64,000 nucleotides of DNA, from NCBI RefSeq assembly GCF_044324875.1, contig NZ_CP172185.1. One strand, 5' to 3'. The translations under genes and the position numbers were made by a program. The notes beneath the pieces are model-generated. The model made no database searches. It was given only the letters and a program-made list of their open reading frames with translations, and was not told where the DNA came from. Positions 1 to 9,969 of the stretch are shown here, in pieces. Positions within the stretch are counted from its first letter, which is position 1, and each line of letters begins with the position of its first letter. The DNA is from Escherichia coli (lineage in GTDB: Bacteria; Pseudomonadota; Gammaproteobacteria; Enterobacterales; Enterobacteriaceae).

Positions 1-331
1 TGCCATTGAAGCGGAGCGTCCCGTGCCGGAACGTTACCTCACAGCTGATACTGAGGGTTTCCGGGTCCTCTGCGAGCGATTCTGGCTGTTCGGCAGCTGC
101 ATCGAGAGTCACAGGAAGTAGCTGGGGGCTCTCTGAAGAAGGTAATAGCAGCTTTCCCTCGCGCCATTGTTGTCGCCATTTGAACAACAGATTGGCGTTA
201 ATGCCATTTTCAAGAGCAAGTTTTGAGATGGATATCCCGGGTTCACAGGAGGCAGCAACGAGCTGCTGTTTAAATTCGGGAGGATAATTAGGGCAGCCTT
301 TTCGCCTGCCGGGAGTCACATTTTTCTGCAT
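1..331 (-). CDS. IS66-family accessory protein TnpA (orfA), 5' part; ORF runs out of the window
   Basis: My reverse-strand translation from the ATG at 331-329 gives MQKNVTPGRRKGCPNYPPEFKQQLVAASCEPGISISKLALENGINANLLFKWRQQW. This is the HTH_Tnp_1-type N-terminus typical of IS66 orfA. The listed + ORF 6..287 is its antisense shadow. Confidence 0.7.
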   Translation of the reverse strand, partial: MQKNVTPGRRKGCPNYPPEFKQQLVAASCEPGISISKLALENGINANLLFKWRQQWREGKLLLPSSESPQLLPVTLDAAAEQPESLAEDPETLSISCEVTFRHGTLRFNG

Positions 332-423
332 ATCTGACACTTTGGTTCCCACTACTTATTTGGTGGACACCACTTTGTCTAATTCGTCAGATTCTGACCA
401 GACGGTTCAGGCTGTACGCTTAC
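1..423 (-). mobile_element. IS66-family insertion sequence, terminal part (continues beyond window start)
   Basis: The reverse strand starting at 423 reads GTAAGCGTACAGCC; IS66-family inverted repeats begin GTAAGCG. An orfA-type ORF follows. The element cuts the IS256-like transposase frame at 423/424. Confidence 0.7.
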
Positions 424-844
424 TGACCTTATCGGTCACCGCGCGGATGGTGGCTGTGGAAACGCTGAAGGCATATAAATCTTCAATCTCCCGACTGATA
501 TCCTGGTAGCTCATTCCCAGCGCAAACAGGCGAATGATCTTGCGTTCGATCTCATCAGACAACGTGGTCTGGTGCTTCTTCACCAGTTGGGGTTAAAAAG
601 TACCATTACGATCGCGCGGAGTCGCCAGTTCGAAGCTACCGGTCGGGGCTTTAATGGTCTTTTTGCCGGAGCCATTTTTACGATTGGCTTCCACATCCTG
701 AGCCAGATGGGATTCAAGCTCTGCAGACAGGGCAGCCTAAGTTAACTGCTTGATTAATGACGTTAAGATTCCATCTTTGCCCGTTAATGCCTAGCCGGAC
801 TGGAGTGCCTTAAGCGCTTTATCGAAATCGAAGGGTTGGGACAT
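424..844 (-). pseudogene. IS256-family (mutator-type) transposase, N-terminal fragment with three in-frame stops, truncated by the IS66 element
   Basis: Reverse translation from ATG 844: MSQPFDFDKALKALQSG*ALTGKDGILTSLIKQLT*AALSAELESHLAQDVEANRKNGSGKKTIKAPTGSFELATPRDRNGTF*PQLVKKHQTTLSDEIERKIIRLFALGMSYQDISREIEDLY. The pattern PRDRxGxFxPxLVKK is characteristic of IS256 transposases. Confidence 0.75.
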
Positions 845-919
845 GTGTCATTCCTTTTTGATTGTATATTACTGGAATGACACAGAATTTCTAACACTCC
901 CTTTTTAGATGAAATATAG

Positions 920-1705
920 TTAATCTTCGGTATGAATGTGTTGCAGCCAGTTTTTTATTACTGTATTTACTTCCTTTGCATGAGTGATATTTAGAGCGTG
1001 ATTTGCGTCGGGAATAACTTCAAGCTTGGAGTGTGCAATCACTTTGTGCATTTTAATTGCTTTCTCTAATGGGATTCCCATATCACTGTCACCATGAATA
1101 ATCAGTGTGGGGGTTGTGATTGTGTTAATTTTTTCTGAAATATCGTCACGTTCCAGCATTGCATTCATGGCATTTCTGATATTTTCTGGCTTATGTCCCA
1201 TCCATACTTTTTTCCATTTTTCTGCTTCAGAGACATTATTTCCGAAAAAAATGGGTAATAATAAGGAGATTATATTTTCCTTTATGATTGGGTCTTGCCA
1301 TCCATTACATAACTCCATGTAACTGGACGCGATTTCTGGTGGATCTTGCTCTGCCTGAGTTGCCATAAGGATTAGCCCTGACAAACGTTCTGAATGTGAC
1401 AGAGCAAATCGTAATGATATATATCCGCCCATCGACATTCCCCCTAAAACGAACTTATCCATTTGTAGTGAGTCTGCAACGCTTAAAATATCATCAACGA
1501 TATCATAGAGTGAGAAAGCTTCTGTTTTTTCAGTGTTTTTATCAAAACCCCGAACATTAATACAAACAAACCTGTGTTTTTCTTTTAGTTCGTCAAGTTG
1601 ATATTTAAACATGTCACTATTCATGAAAAATCCATGAACGAGTATGACTGGGGGATTATTTTTGTTTGTTTCAGTGTATCCAGAGTCAGCAAATGAATAT
1701 TTCAT
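920..1705 (-). CDS. alpha/beta-fold hydrolase (accessory, AT-rich)
   Basis: 261 aa. It has an HG oxyanion motif (VILVHGFF), a nucleophile elbow GGMSMGG (G-x-S-x-G) and a C-terminal DANH histidine region. The DNA is visibly AT-rich compared with neighbouring core genes. Confidence 0.75.
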   Translation of the reverse strand: MKYSFADSGYTETNKNNPPVILVHGFFMNSDMFKYQLDELKEKHRFVCINVRGFDKNTEKTEAFSLYDIVDDILSVADSLQMDKFVLGGMSMGGYISLRFALSHSERLSGLILMATQAEQDPPEIASSYMELCNGWQDPIIKENIISLLLPIFFGNNVSEAEKWKKVWMGHKPENIRNAMNAMLERDDISEKINTITTPTLIIHGDSDMGIPLEKAIKMHKVIAHSKLEVIPDANHALNITHAKEVNTVIKNWLQHIHTED

Positions 1706-2273
1706 GGAGCCTCCTTGATTTAGATGAATATATTGTGTGTTTTGTTAGTAATAGTGAAGCATTTCATTATATTGTCGAACTAGGATATATCTGTTGGATA
1801 AATATCCGTTTTAGAGTTTTTCAAATACTCGCCAGTTAAGACTCTTTTGGTGTGTTTACCAGTCTTGAGATATTGTTGTCAAGTATTTAAAAGGATATAA
1901 ACACACTGATTTAATGCTGATACTTATATATCAATAAATATTACCGGATGCCATGGTTAAAACTGGCTTATTTACTTCAGAAGAACAACGGCTAATGGAG
2001 CGATTGAAGTATTGTGGATATACCTATGCGAAGGTGTTTATGCTCGATTGGTTTTAGCAAACACGATAATATCCGAAAATTGCCTACATGGATAGATTTG
2101 TTAATTGCTATTAGCGGATGGGTAAGATTCATTGATGAGGCGGATTGATGGGCAAAGCCCCAGCCTCACGAACTGGTGGTCTTGAAAGCTTACATATTTC
2201 ATTTATTAAAGACGTAAACGTTTTAACTGTGTGGCATAAAAAGCAGAAGAGTGAAAATCCATAAATTACCGAA

Positions 2274-2603
2274 TTATATCGGTGCCAGTCCGAATTTAGC
2301 CTTTGCACGGTTGCACGACTCATTGACTTCTCAGTTCTCACTGGACATGGCGAATTTTCTGTACGTTGATGAGGGATTTTCATATATCGTACAACAGGCA
2401 TTTCTTCCCGGTATTCCCTCAAGCGCAATACATCGGGGATTTTTCTGATTAGTGCCGATCATGCATCGGTGGAAAGGGGAGGTTTGTTCAGTAAGTCAGG
2501 TGGGGATAGTACCGCCAGCATCATCGGCTTCAGACCAGTAAAAAGAGACGCGGAAAAATATACAACAGGCACCACACGTCATGCATGGATTCAGATCGCT
2601 CAT
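2274..2603 (-). pseudogene. YkgJ-family CxxCxxCC cysteine-cluster protein, disrupted by frameshifts
   Basis: The reverse strand from ATG 2603 reads [34 protein letters not shown], then hits a stop. The homologous sequence continues in other frames ([48 protein letters not shown], then EVNESCNRAKAKFGLAPI*). ORF 2129..2428 is an out-of-frame artefact of this gene. Confidence 0.5.
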
Positions 2604-2780
2604 TTTTAGTACCATTTTAAAGTTTGACTTTGTATTTTTGCAACGAATCGCTAAAGAGAGCAGAAAAAACTATTCTCCAAAACTTGGTTATAACTACTTG
2701 ATTTTATAGATAGAGGCATGCTGTTTACACAGCAGTAAAAAGCATGCCAAATTTGCTATTAACCTTTTGAATATAAAATA

Positions 2781-3644
2781 CTAATCGTCTATTTCGGAAA
2801 CCTTCTTATTCAGCAGACGAGAAGCGCGCCAGTAAACCAGCAACATCAGGCCCATTACGATAGTCAGCGTAATGCTGGTGGCTGCACCAAACGGCCAGTC
2901 ACGAATATTGAGGAACTGTACCTTGATGACGTTACCGATCAGCAGGTTTTTCGCACCGCCCATCAGGTCGGACACATAGAACAGGCCCATCGCTGGCAGC
3001 ATCACCAGCAGACATCCGGCAATAATTCCCGGCATCGTCAGTGGGATAATGATGCGGATAAAGGTCTGCAACTTGCTGGCACCGAGATCGCGCGCCGCCT
3101 CAAGCAACGGCTTATCCAGTTTTTCGATACTGGAGTACAGCGGCATCACCATAAACGGTAGCAGAATGTAAACCAGACCGATAATCACCGCACTGGGCGT
3201 GAACATGATGCGAATTGGTGTATCAATAACGCCCAGCCAGAGCAAAAACTCGTTGAGATAGCCTTTGGTGCTGAGGAAAATTTTCAGCCCGTAGATACGA
3301 ATCAATGAGTTGGTCCAGAACGGAACAATCAGCAGAAACAGCAGCAGCGGACGCACCTTGTGTGGCAGCTTCGCCAGAAACCAGGCAAAAGGATAGCCCA
3401 GCACCAGGCAGGCGAGGGTGGCGATCAGCGCCATATTCAGCGAGTGCAATAGCACTTCAAAATAGAGCGGATCGAGCAGACGCGTGTAGTTATCCAGCGT
3501 AAAGACCATTTTGACGAAACTGGCGTCGTCGCGGGTCAAAAAGCTGGTGCCAATGATCATCAGGTTGGGCAGAAAGACAAACAACACAAGCCAACCGACA
3601 ATAGTGACAATCACTACATTCTGGAACTTACTTGTGTTCTTCAT
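2781..3644 (-). CDS. potB: spermidine/putrescine ABC transporter permease PotB (annotated start may lie a few codons downstream of the longest ORF)
   Basis: The translation matches E. coli PotB throughout. It overlaps the potA stop as in the pot operon. The last residues (VSEIDD) differ from the K-12 C-terminus as I remember it. Confidence 0.9.
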
Positions 3645-4764
3645 CAGCCAGTACGACCTCCCAGCTTTCTACCCAATTAATGGCCATTTTTTGGTCGAGA
3701 GAGTGGTCAAAGTCAGGATCGTCTTCATTGAAGAATTCGCTGACCATCACCATCTTGCCATTTTCCAGTTCAACAACCGACTCCAGCGTCATGCCTTTGT
3801 AGTTACGCTCGCGAACGTAACCAATCAGCCCTTCAGCGTGGTTGTCGTCGTTAATCTCTTCAACACGTAAGTCTTCCGGGCGCAGCAGAACATGCAGTTT
3901 TTGCCCCGGTTCAACGGCGAAGTTAACGTAGATATTACATTCGCGGCCTTCAACGTTGGCGCGTACGCGCTGCTCGTCTAGACGTTCGATGACAGTGGCG
4001 TTAAACATATTGATTTCGCCAATAAACCCAGCAACAAACAGGTTTTTCGGCTCTTCATAGATTTCACGCGGCGTGCCGTCTTGCTCAATGCGACCATCGC
4101 GCATCACCACAATCCTGTCCGACATGGTGAGTGCTTCTTCCTGGTCGTGAGTCACGAAGACGAATGTAATGCCAAGCTTACGCTGTAACGCTTTCAGCTC
4201 GTTCTGCATTTGCTTGCGCAGTTTGTAATCCAGCGCTGAGAGCGACTCATCCAGCAACAACAGACGAGGCTTGTTAACCACTGCGCGGGCAATGGCGACG
4301 CGTTGCTGTTGACCACCAGAGAGCTGATGCGGTTTGCGTTGAGCGAAGGTTTCCAGCTGCACCATCCGCAGGGCTTCCATCACGCGGGGCGTAATTTCAG
4401 CAGCGGGGGTTTTTTGCATGCGTAACCCAAAGGCCACATTTTCGAACACGGTCATGTGGGGGAAAAGTGCGTAGCTTTGGAAAACAGTGTTCACATAGCG
4501 GTTTTCCGCCGGAACGTGGGTGATGTCCTCGTTATCCAGCATGATGCGTCCGGAATCAACAGTTTCCAGACCTGCAATCAGGCGAAGAACGGTTGTTTTA
4601 CCGCAGCCAGAAGGGCCAAGCAGCGTGAGGAACTCGCCATTGTTGATAGTCAGATCCAGCTGGGGAATGACCTCTTTACCATCAAAGCATTTGCGAATTC
4701 CCGCCAATTGCACCAGCGGTGAAAGCGAACTCGGTTGTTTATTCAATTTTTTACTCTGTCCCAT
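3628..4764 (-). CDS. potA: spermidine/putrescine ABC transporter ATP-binding protein PotA
   Basis: 378 aa with Walker [10 protein letters not shown], signature LSGGQQQR and Walker B LLLLDE. The sequence is recognisable as PotA. Confidence 0.95.
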
Positions 4765-5013
4765 GTAAACGCAACGGATGGCTTACCGATGCGGGGTTTG
4801 TGGTTAACCACCTTGGTGACTCTTAATGAGGGCGGTAATTCTACGGCAAACCGCTTGAATCGCCAATCTTTGTTGTGAATTACTGGCTTAGCTTTATATT
4901 CATTAAGGTAATGCTGATAAATATTCCCGCTTGCAGGGGTAAAAGTGACCTGACGCAATATTTGTCTTTTCTTGCTTCTTAATAATGTTGTCACAAAAAG
5001 TGAGGGTGACTAC

Positions 5014-6240
5014 ATGGATAAACTACTTGAGCGATTTTTGAACTACGTGTCTCTGGATACCCAATCAAAGGCAGGGGTGAGACAGGTTCCCAGCACGGAA
5101 GGCCAATGGAAGTTATTGCATCTGCTGAAAGAGCAGCTCGAAGAGATGGGGCTTATCAATGTGACCTTAAGTGAGAAGGGCACTTTGATGGCGACGTTAC
5201 CGGCTAACGTCCCTGGCGATATCCCGGCGATTGGCTTTATTTCTCATGTGGATACCTCACCGGATTGCAGCGGCAAAAATGTGAATCCGCAAATTGTTGA
5301 AAACTATCGCGGTGGCGATATTGCGCTGGGTATCGGCGATGAAGTTTTATCACCGGTTATGTTCCCGGTGCTGCATCAGCTACTGAGTCAGACGCTGATT
5401 ACCACCGATGGTAAAACCTTGTTAGGAGCCGATGACAAAGCAGGTATTGCAGAAATCATGACCGCGCTGGCGGTATTGCAACAGAAAAACATTCCGCATG
5501 GTGATATTCGCGTCGCCTTTACCCCGGATGAAGAAGTGGGCAAAGGGGCGAAACATTTTGATGTTGACGCCTTCGATGCCCGCTGGGCTTACACCGTTGA
5601 TGGTGGTGGCGTAGGCGAACTGGAGTTTGAAAACTTCAACGCTGCGTCGGTCAATATCAAAATTGTAGGCAATAACGTTCACCCAGGCACAGCGAAAGGT
5701 GTAATGGTGAATGCGCTGTCGCTGGCGGCACGTATTCATGCGGAAGTTCCGGCGGATGAAAGCCCGGAAATGACAGAAGGCTATGAAGGTTTCTATCACC
5801 TGGCGAGCATGAAAGGCACCGTTGAACGGGCCGATATGCACTACATCATCCGTGATTTCGACCGTAAACAGTTTGAAGCGCGTAAACGTAAAATGATGGA
5901 GATCGCCAAAAAAGTGGGCAAAGGGTTACATCCTGATTGCTACATTGAATTGGTGATTGAAGACAGTTACTACAATATGCGCGAGAAAGTGGTTGAGCAT
6001 CCGCATATTCTCGATATCGCCCAGCAGGCGATGCGTGACTGCGATATTGAACCGGAACTGAAACCGATCCGCGGCGGTACCGACGGCGCGCAGTTGTCGT
6101 TTATGGGATTACCGTGCCCGAACCTGTTCACTGGCGGTTACAACTATCATGGTAAGCATGAGTTTGTGACTCTGGAAGGTATGGAAAAAGCGGTGCAGGT
6201 GATCGTCCGTATTGCCGAGTTAACGGCGCAACGGAAGTAA
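5014..6240 (+). CDS. pepT: peptidase T (tripeptide aminopeptidase)
   Basis: [19 protein letters not shown]... is the PepT N-terminus. A GAGGGTG Shine-Dalgarno precedes ATG 5014. The longest ORF begins 14 codons earlier. Confidence 0.95.
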   Translation: MDKLLERFLNYVSLDTQSKAGVRQVPSTEGQWKLLHLLKEQLEEMGLINVTLSEKGTLMATLPANVPGDIPAIGFISHVDTSPDCSGKNVNPQIVENYRGGDIALGIGDEVLSPVMFPVLHQLLSQTLITTDGKTLLGADDKAGIAEIMTALAVLQQKNIPHGDIRVAFTPDEEVGKGAKHFDVDAFDARWAYTVDGGGVGELEFENFNAASVNIKIVGNNVHPGTAKGVMVNALSLAARIHAEVPADESPEMTEGYEGFYHLASMKGTVERADMHYIIRDFDRKQFEARKRKMMEIAKKVGKGLHPDCYIELVIEDSYYNMREKVVEHPHILDIAQQAMRDCDIEPELKPIRGGTDGAQLSFMGLPCPNLFTGGYNYHGKHEFVTLEGMEKAVQVIVRIAELTAQRK

Positions 6241-6248
6241 GCGAAAAG

Positions 6249-6273
6249 GGATGCGGCATGTGATGCCGCATCC
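6249..6273. terminator. bidirectional hairpin between convergent pepT and roxA
   Basis: Perfect 11-bp stem GGATGCGGCAT / ATGCCGCATCC with a GTG loop. Confidence 0.7.
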
Positions 6274-6288
6274 GGCTTAAATCCAAAC

Positions 6289-7410
6289 TTACCCTTCGAA
6301 GAACCAATACCCGCTATTGACCAGCGCCGCGAGCATCGCGAGGAATGACGGATCTTCCAGCGCATCGCCAAAATTCTCCGCAGTCAGCGCAATGTTGCTG
6401 GCGAGTGCATCCAGTGCCGGACGGTGCGGGGAATCGATCTTCTCACCATTGGCATACACGTCGTCGCCAATGCGCAATACGCGCAGACCACCCAGACGCA
6501 CCAGCACTTCACCTTGTTTCAGCGCATCGTAGATTTCATCCGGCTGATAAGGCGGCTCTGGCGGCGCGATATCCAGTTCATGGCGTGACTGGGATATAAA
6601 CTCCCCAAACCATTGCTTAAAGTGTTCCGGCTGGTTGATCAATTCGAGCATCATCTCACGCAGTTTATCCATCTCTTGCGGCAGAACATCCGCAGGATGA
6701 GCGCGAGGTGAAACATCAGGATCGCTGTAGTAGTTGCCGCCCAGTTCACGTTGCAGCACATAATCGGCAAATCCGCTAATCAGTTCCCGCGTATTTGGTG
6801 CGCGAAAACCGACGGAATAGTTCATCGCATTTTCCAGCGCGTAGCCTTCATGGGGGAATCCTGGCGGAATATAAAGAATATCGCCTGGCTCCAGTTCTTC
6901 ATCAATGATGGCTTCGAACGGATCAACCTGTAACAGATCCGGGTGCGGGCAGTGCTGTTTCATTTGCAGCTTTTCGCCCACTCGCCAGCGACGACGTCCG
7001 GTACCCTGAATGATAAACACGTCGTACTGATCGAGATGCGGGCCGACGCCGCCGCCAGGTACAGAAAAAGAGATCATCAGATCATCAATACGCCAGTCCG
7101 GTAGTTCACGGAACGGTCGCATCAGCGCGGCGGTCGGCTCATGCCAGTGGTTCACTGCCTGCACTAACAATGACCAGTTAGTTTCACCGAGATGATCGTA
7201 GCTTTCGAACGGGCCGTGGCTGACCTGCCATTTGCCATCCTGGTGGCTGACCAGTCGACTGTCGACTTCGCTTTCCATCGCCAGACCCGCCAACTCGTCT
7301 GGAGAGATCGGGTCAATAAAATTATTAAAGCCGCGTTTTAACACCACCGGACGTTTCTGCCAGTGACGTTCAAGAAAATCGGGCCAGTTAAGAGTGAGTT
7401 GGTATTCCAT
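6289..7410 (-). CDS. roxA: ribosomal protein uL16 arginine hydroxylase (JmjC/cupin oxygenase) RoxA/YcfD
   Basis: MEYQLTLNWPDFLERHWQKRPVVLKRGF... matches YcfD. The start is taken at the MEYQ methionine. Confidence 0.9.
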   Translation of the reverse strand: MEYQLTLNWPDFLERHWQKRPVVLKRGFNNFIDPISPDELAGLAMESEVDSRLVSHQDGKWQVSHGPFESYDHLGETNWSLLVQAVNHWHEPTAALMRPFRELPDWRIDDLMISFSVPGGGVGPHLDQYDVFIIQGTGRRRWRVGEKLQMKQHCPHPDLLQVDPFEAIIDEELEPGDILYIPPGFPHEGYALENAMNYSVGFRAPNTRELISGFADYVLQRELGGNYYSDPDVSPRAHPADVLPQEMDKLREMMLELINQPEHFKQWFGEFISQSRHELDIAPPEPPYQPDEIYDALKQGEVLVRLGGLRVLRIGDDVYANGEKIDSPHRPALDALASNIALTAENFGDALEDPSFLAMLAALVNSGYWFFEG

Positions 7411-7611
7411 GTTAAGCATCCACAGGCTGGTATCTGCAACCGATTATAACGGATGCTTAACGTAATGCGTGAAGTATGGGCATACTTTATCAATTAGTGT
7501 TTTTTGCCGTTTCATAATGTTTCAGGTTGTGCATTATGTTTTTGATTATAAACAAATTTGTGATTTTTCTTGTTCCAGCTTGTTTCACGTTGTAGCCCTT
7601 TGTGCAACGAT

Positions 7612-7637
7612 CGGTGTAGTTAATGGTGTAGTTAATT
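7612..7637. repeat. attL core: CGGTGTAGTTAATGGTGTAGTTAATT
   Basis: Identical 26-mer at 18721-18746. It contains a tandem 12-mer GGTGTAGTTAAT x2. The imperfect repeat extends leftwards to 7580 (compare 18689). Confidence 0.85.
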
Positions 7638-7658
7638 GTGATGACCGGATTCAAAATT

Positions 7659-8888
7659 ATGAGCAGAGCACTTAACAAGCTGAGCGATACACAGCTAAGG
7701 AAAATCAACGGCACACCCGCCCAAAAAACAGCCTTTCTTAATGACGGTGGAAACTTGAGCGTCAGGCATTCAACCAGCGGCCTTTTAACCTGGTATTTCA
7801 CTTACAGGGCCGGAACGGGAAGGGGGGCATCACCGGAACGCATTAAGCTGGGAAATTATCCTGATCTGAGCCTGAAATCAGCCAGGGAAAAAGCCGCCCA
7901 GTGTCGCGCATGGCTGGCTGAGGGGAAAAATCCACGTCATGAGATGAATTACACCGTACAGGAAGCGTTAAAGCCTGTAACGGTTGGCGATGCGCTCACC
8001 TACTGGCTTGAGTCGTACGCAAAGGAAAACCGTGTGGATTATGACCCACTGAAAAAGCGGCTAAATAATCACGTAATACAGCACATTGGCCCTATGCCGC
8101 TGGATAAATGCGAGCTACGGCACTGGCTGGCCTGTTTTGATCGGGTGGCAAAGCAAGCCCCTGTTTCCGCCGGGTTCCTGCTACAGACATGCAAACAGGC
8201 GCTTAAGTTCTGCCGGAAGCGGCGCTATGCAATCAGCAACGTTCTTGATGATATGAGTGTGGCTGACGTTGGGAAAAAACCGGATATAGGCGAACGTGTC
8301 TTAAGTACCAAAGAACTGGGCGAATTATTGCAGGCACTGGACAAAAAAATATTTTCCCCTTACTACGTCGCACTAATCCGCCTCCTGATTGTTTTCGGAT
8401 GCCGGACAGTAGAACTGAGGTTATCGGAGATCGGCGAGTGGGATTTTACCGAAATGCTCTGGACCGTTCCGAAGGAGCACAGCAAAACGAAGGTAGCCAT
8501 ATTCCGGCCCATACCGGAAGCGATACTGCCGTTCGTCACGCAGCTGATGGAGCAGAACAGGCACACGGGCTTATTGCTGGGGGAAGTGAAACAGGAAACC
8601 AGCGTGTCGCAGTACGGCAGATTAGTGCACAGGAGGCTTAAACACCCTCACTGGTCACTGCATGACATCCGGCGCACCTTTACAACGATGCTGAACGATT
8701 TAGGCGTGGATCCTCACGTCGTGGAGCAGCTTACAGGCCACCAGATGCCAGGAATGCAGCGAGTTTATAATCATTCCCGTTATCTGGATGCGAAACGCAA
8801 TGCGCTGGATATGTGGACGGAGCGGTTAGGGATACTGGCGGGAGCACATGAAAACGTAACCACGCTACCAGTAACCAGAAGAAAATAA
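7659..8888 (+). CDS. int: P4-type tyrosine integrase (DUF4102 N-terminal arm-binding domain)
   Basis: The N-terminus MSRALNKLSDTQLRK...GNLSVRHSTSGLLTWYFTYR...LGNYPDLSLKSAREKA fits the DUF4102 pattern. The C-terminal catalytic region includes HDIRRTF and YNHSRY. The gene lies immediately inside attL. Confidence 0.9.
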   Translation: MSRALNKLSDTQLRKINGTPAQKTAFLNDGGNLSVRHSTSGLLTWYFTYRAGTGRGASPERIKLGNYPDLSLKSAREKAAQCRAWLAEGKNPRHEMNYTVQEALKPVTVGDALTYWLESYAKENRVDYDPLKKRLNNHVIQHIGPMPLDKCELRHWLACFDRVAKQAPVSAGFLLQTCKQALKFCRKRRYAISNVLDDMSVADVGKKPDIGERVLSTKELGELLQALDKKIFSPYYVALIRLLIVFGCRTVELRLSEIGEWDFTEMLWTVPKEHSKTKVAIFRPIPEAILPFVTQLMEQNRHTGLLLGEVKQETSVSQYGRLVHRRLKHPHWSLHDIRRTFTTMLNDLGVDPHVVEQLTGHQMPGMQRVYNHSRYLDAKRNALDMWTERLGILAGAHENVTTLPVTRRK

Positions 8889-8936
8889 TTTTTTTCGTGT
8901 TTTTTCAGTATGCGCATACTGGATAAGTGCACAGAT

Positions 8937-8970
8937 ACAACGTGAAACAATAAGCAACAACGTGAAACAA
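8937..8970. repeat. two direct copies of ACAACGTGAAACAA just 3' of int (candidate integrase arm-type sites)
   Basis: Copies at 8937-8950 and 8957-8970. The reverse complement TTGTTTCACGTTGT occurs at 7580-7593, and at 18689-18702 with one mismatch; each of those is 18 bp left of an att core. Confidence 0.5.
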
Positions 8971-9262
8971 CCACGAACAAGAGGTCAAAAAGTATACAGA
9001 TTTATAAGTTGCTGATTTTTAATGCTCAACTGGTTTTTTATACATTAGCGAATAACGCTTTAAATAGTGAGAAAAAAGTCATAAAACGAGATTTTATGCC
9101 TTTGCATAATACTGAATTAAAATGATTTTTATTAAAATCACCCCGTTTCTGTAAAATACCCGCCACCAACATTTGCCAACTCTGAATCACCCTGACACAA
9201 TCAGACACATCCCAACGCAATAGAACACGAAATAACTCTTTAAGAAACGAAAGGGGGCAATA

Positions 9263-9451
9263 GTGTTAAGCACTGATCGGTTTATACGTGAAAAAGAATG
9301 CGAAAAGCTAACAGGCCTTAGCCGCTCATGCCGCTACCGCCTGGAAAAGGCCGGACAATTCCCATCACGGCGTAAGCTGGGCGGTCGTTCCGTTGGCTGG
9401 TCTTTATCCGAAGTTCTGGCATGGAAGGAAAGCTGCGAGGCAGTTCACTAA
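9263..9451 (+). CDS. alpA: AlpA-family transcriptional regulator / excisionase-like HTH protein (GTG start)
   Basis: 62 aa. The segment FIREKECEKLTGLSRSCRYRLEKAGQFPSRRKLGGRSVGWSLSEVLAWK is the typical AlpA/Prophage_CP4-57 regulator pattern. An AAGGGGG Shine-Dalgarno lies upstream. Confidence 0.8.
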   Translation: MLSTDRFIREKECEKLTGLSRSCRYRLEKAGQFPSRRKLGGRSVGWSLSEVLAWKESCEAVH

Positions 9452-9716
9452 AAAGACTGGCGGCACACAGCCGCCACCCATCCACTAATACAGAGATTTA
9501 ACCATGAAGACTGGATATACGCCCGAACAGGGGCGGGGCTTCGTTCGGCCTGGTGAAACTGAAAAACAACAAAATCGCGGTTTTTCAGGCATAAAAAAAG
9601 CGGCCCCGATAAGGAGCCGCCTTTCTGAACAATTAACCTACAGCGCAAAAAATGAATCTGAGCAGTGGGATTATATCAACCGTGCAACGAAGCGCCACAA
9701 TTGCCGGATAACGGGC

Positions 9717-9744
9717 AAAGAAAAGGCCACCTGTCACGGTGGCC
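9717..9744 (-). terminator. intrinsic terminator downstream of the minus-strand RHH gene
   Basis: Stem GGCCACC / GGTGGCC. On the minus strand it is followed by TTTTCTTT. It lies 34 nt after the stop at 9778. Confidence 0.6.
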
Positions 9745-9777
9745 AATGTGATCAGTGTGGTGGCTTGCTGGTGGCTA

Positions 9778-9969
9778 TCAACCTTTGGGTTCTATACCGC
9801 GCCGCTTTAGTTCAGCGCGCCCCAACTCTTTAAGCCAGTTGGCTAGGCTTATGCCGTCGCTCTGCGCTTCTTTGTCGAATTGCTCTTTTAGCTCTGGAGA
9901 AATTCGCATTCTGAATTGTGGGGATTGCCCATCACCCTTAGGGCTTTTATCACGTTTGATTGTTGACAA
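9778..9969 (-). CDS. Arc/MetJ-type ribbon-helix-helix DNA-binding protein (TTG start on the ORF track)
   Basis: PQFRMRISPELKEQFDKEAQSDGISLANWLKELG fits the beta-strand plus two-helix RHH pattern. It is the only island gene on the minus strand, placed divergently to the early operon. Confidence 0.5.
   Translation of the reverse strand: MSTIKRDKSPKGDGQSPQFRMRISPELKEQFDKEAQSDGISLANWLKELGRAELKRRGIEPKG

Noticed and set aside
6-287. 93-aa plus-strand ORF at the window start
   Set aside because: It is the antisense shadow of the IS66-family orfA, which gives a clear HTH transposase-accessory translation on the minus strand.
9458-9476. Hairpin TGGCGG-N7-CCGCCA after alpA as an intrinsic terminator
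   Set aside because: No T-tract follows on the plus strand, so it is not called as a terminator.
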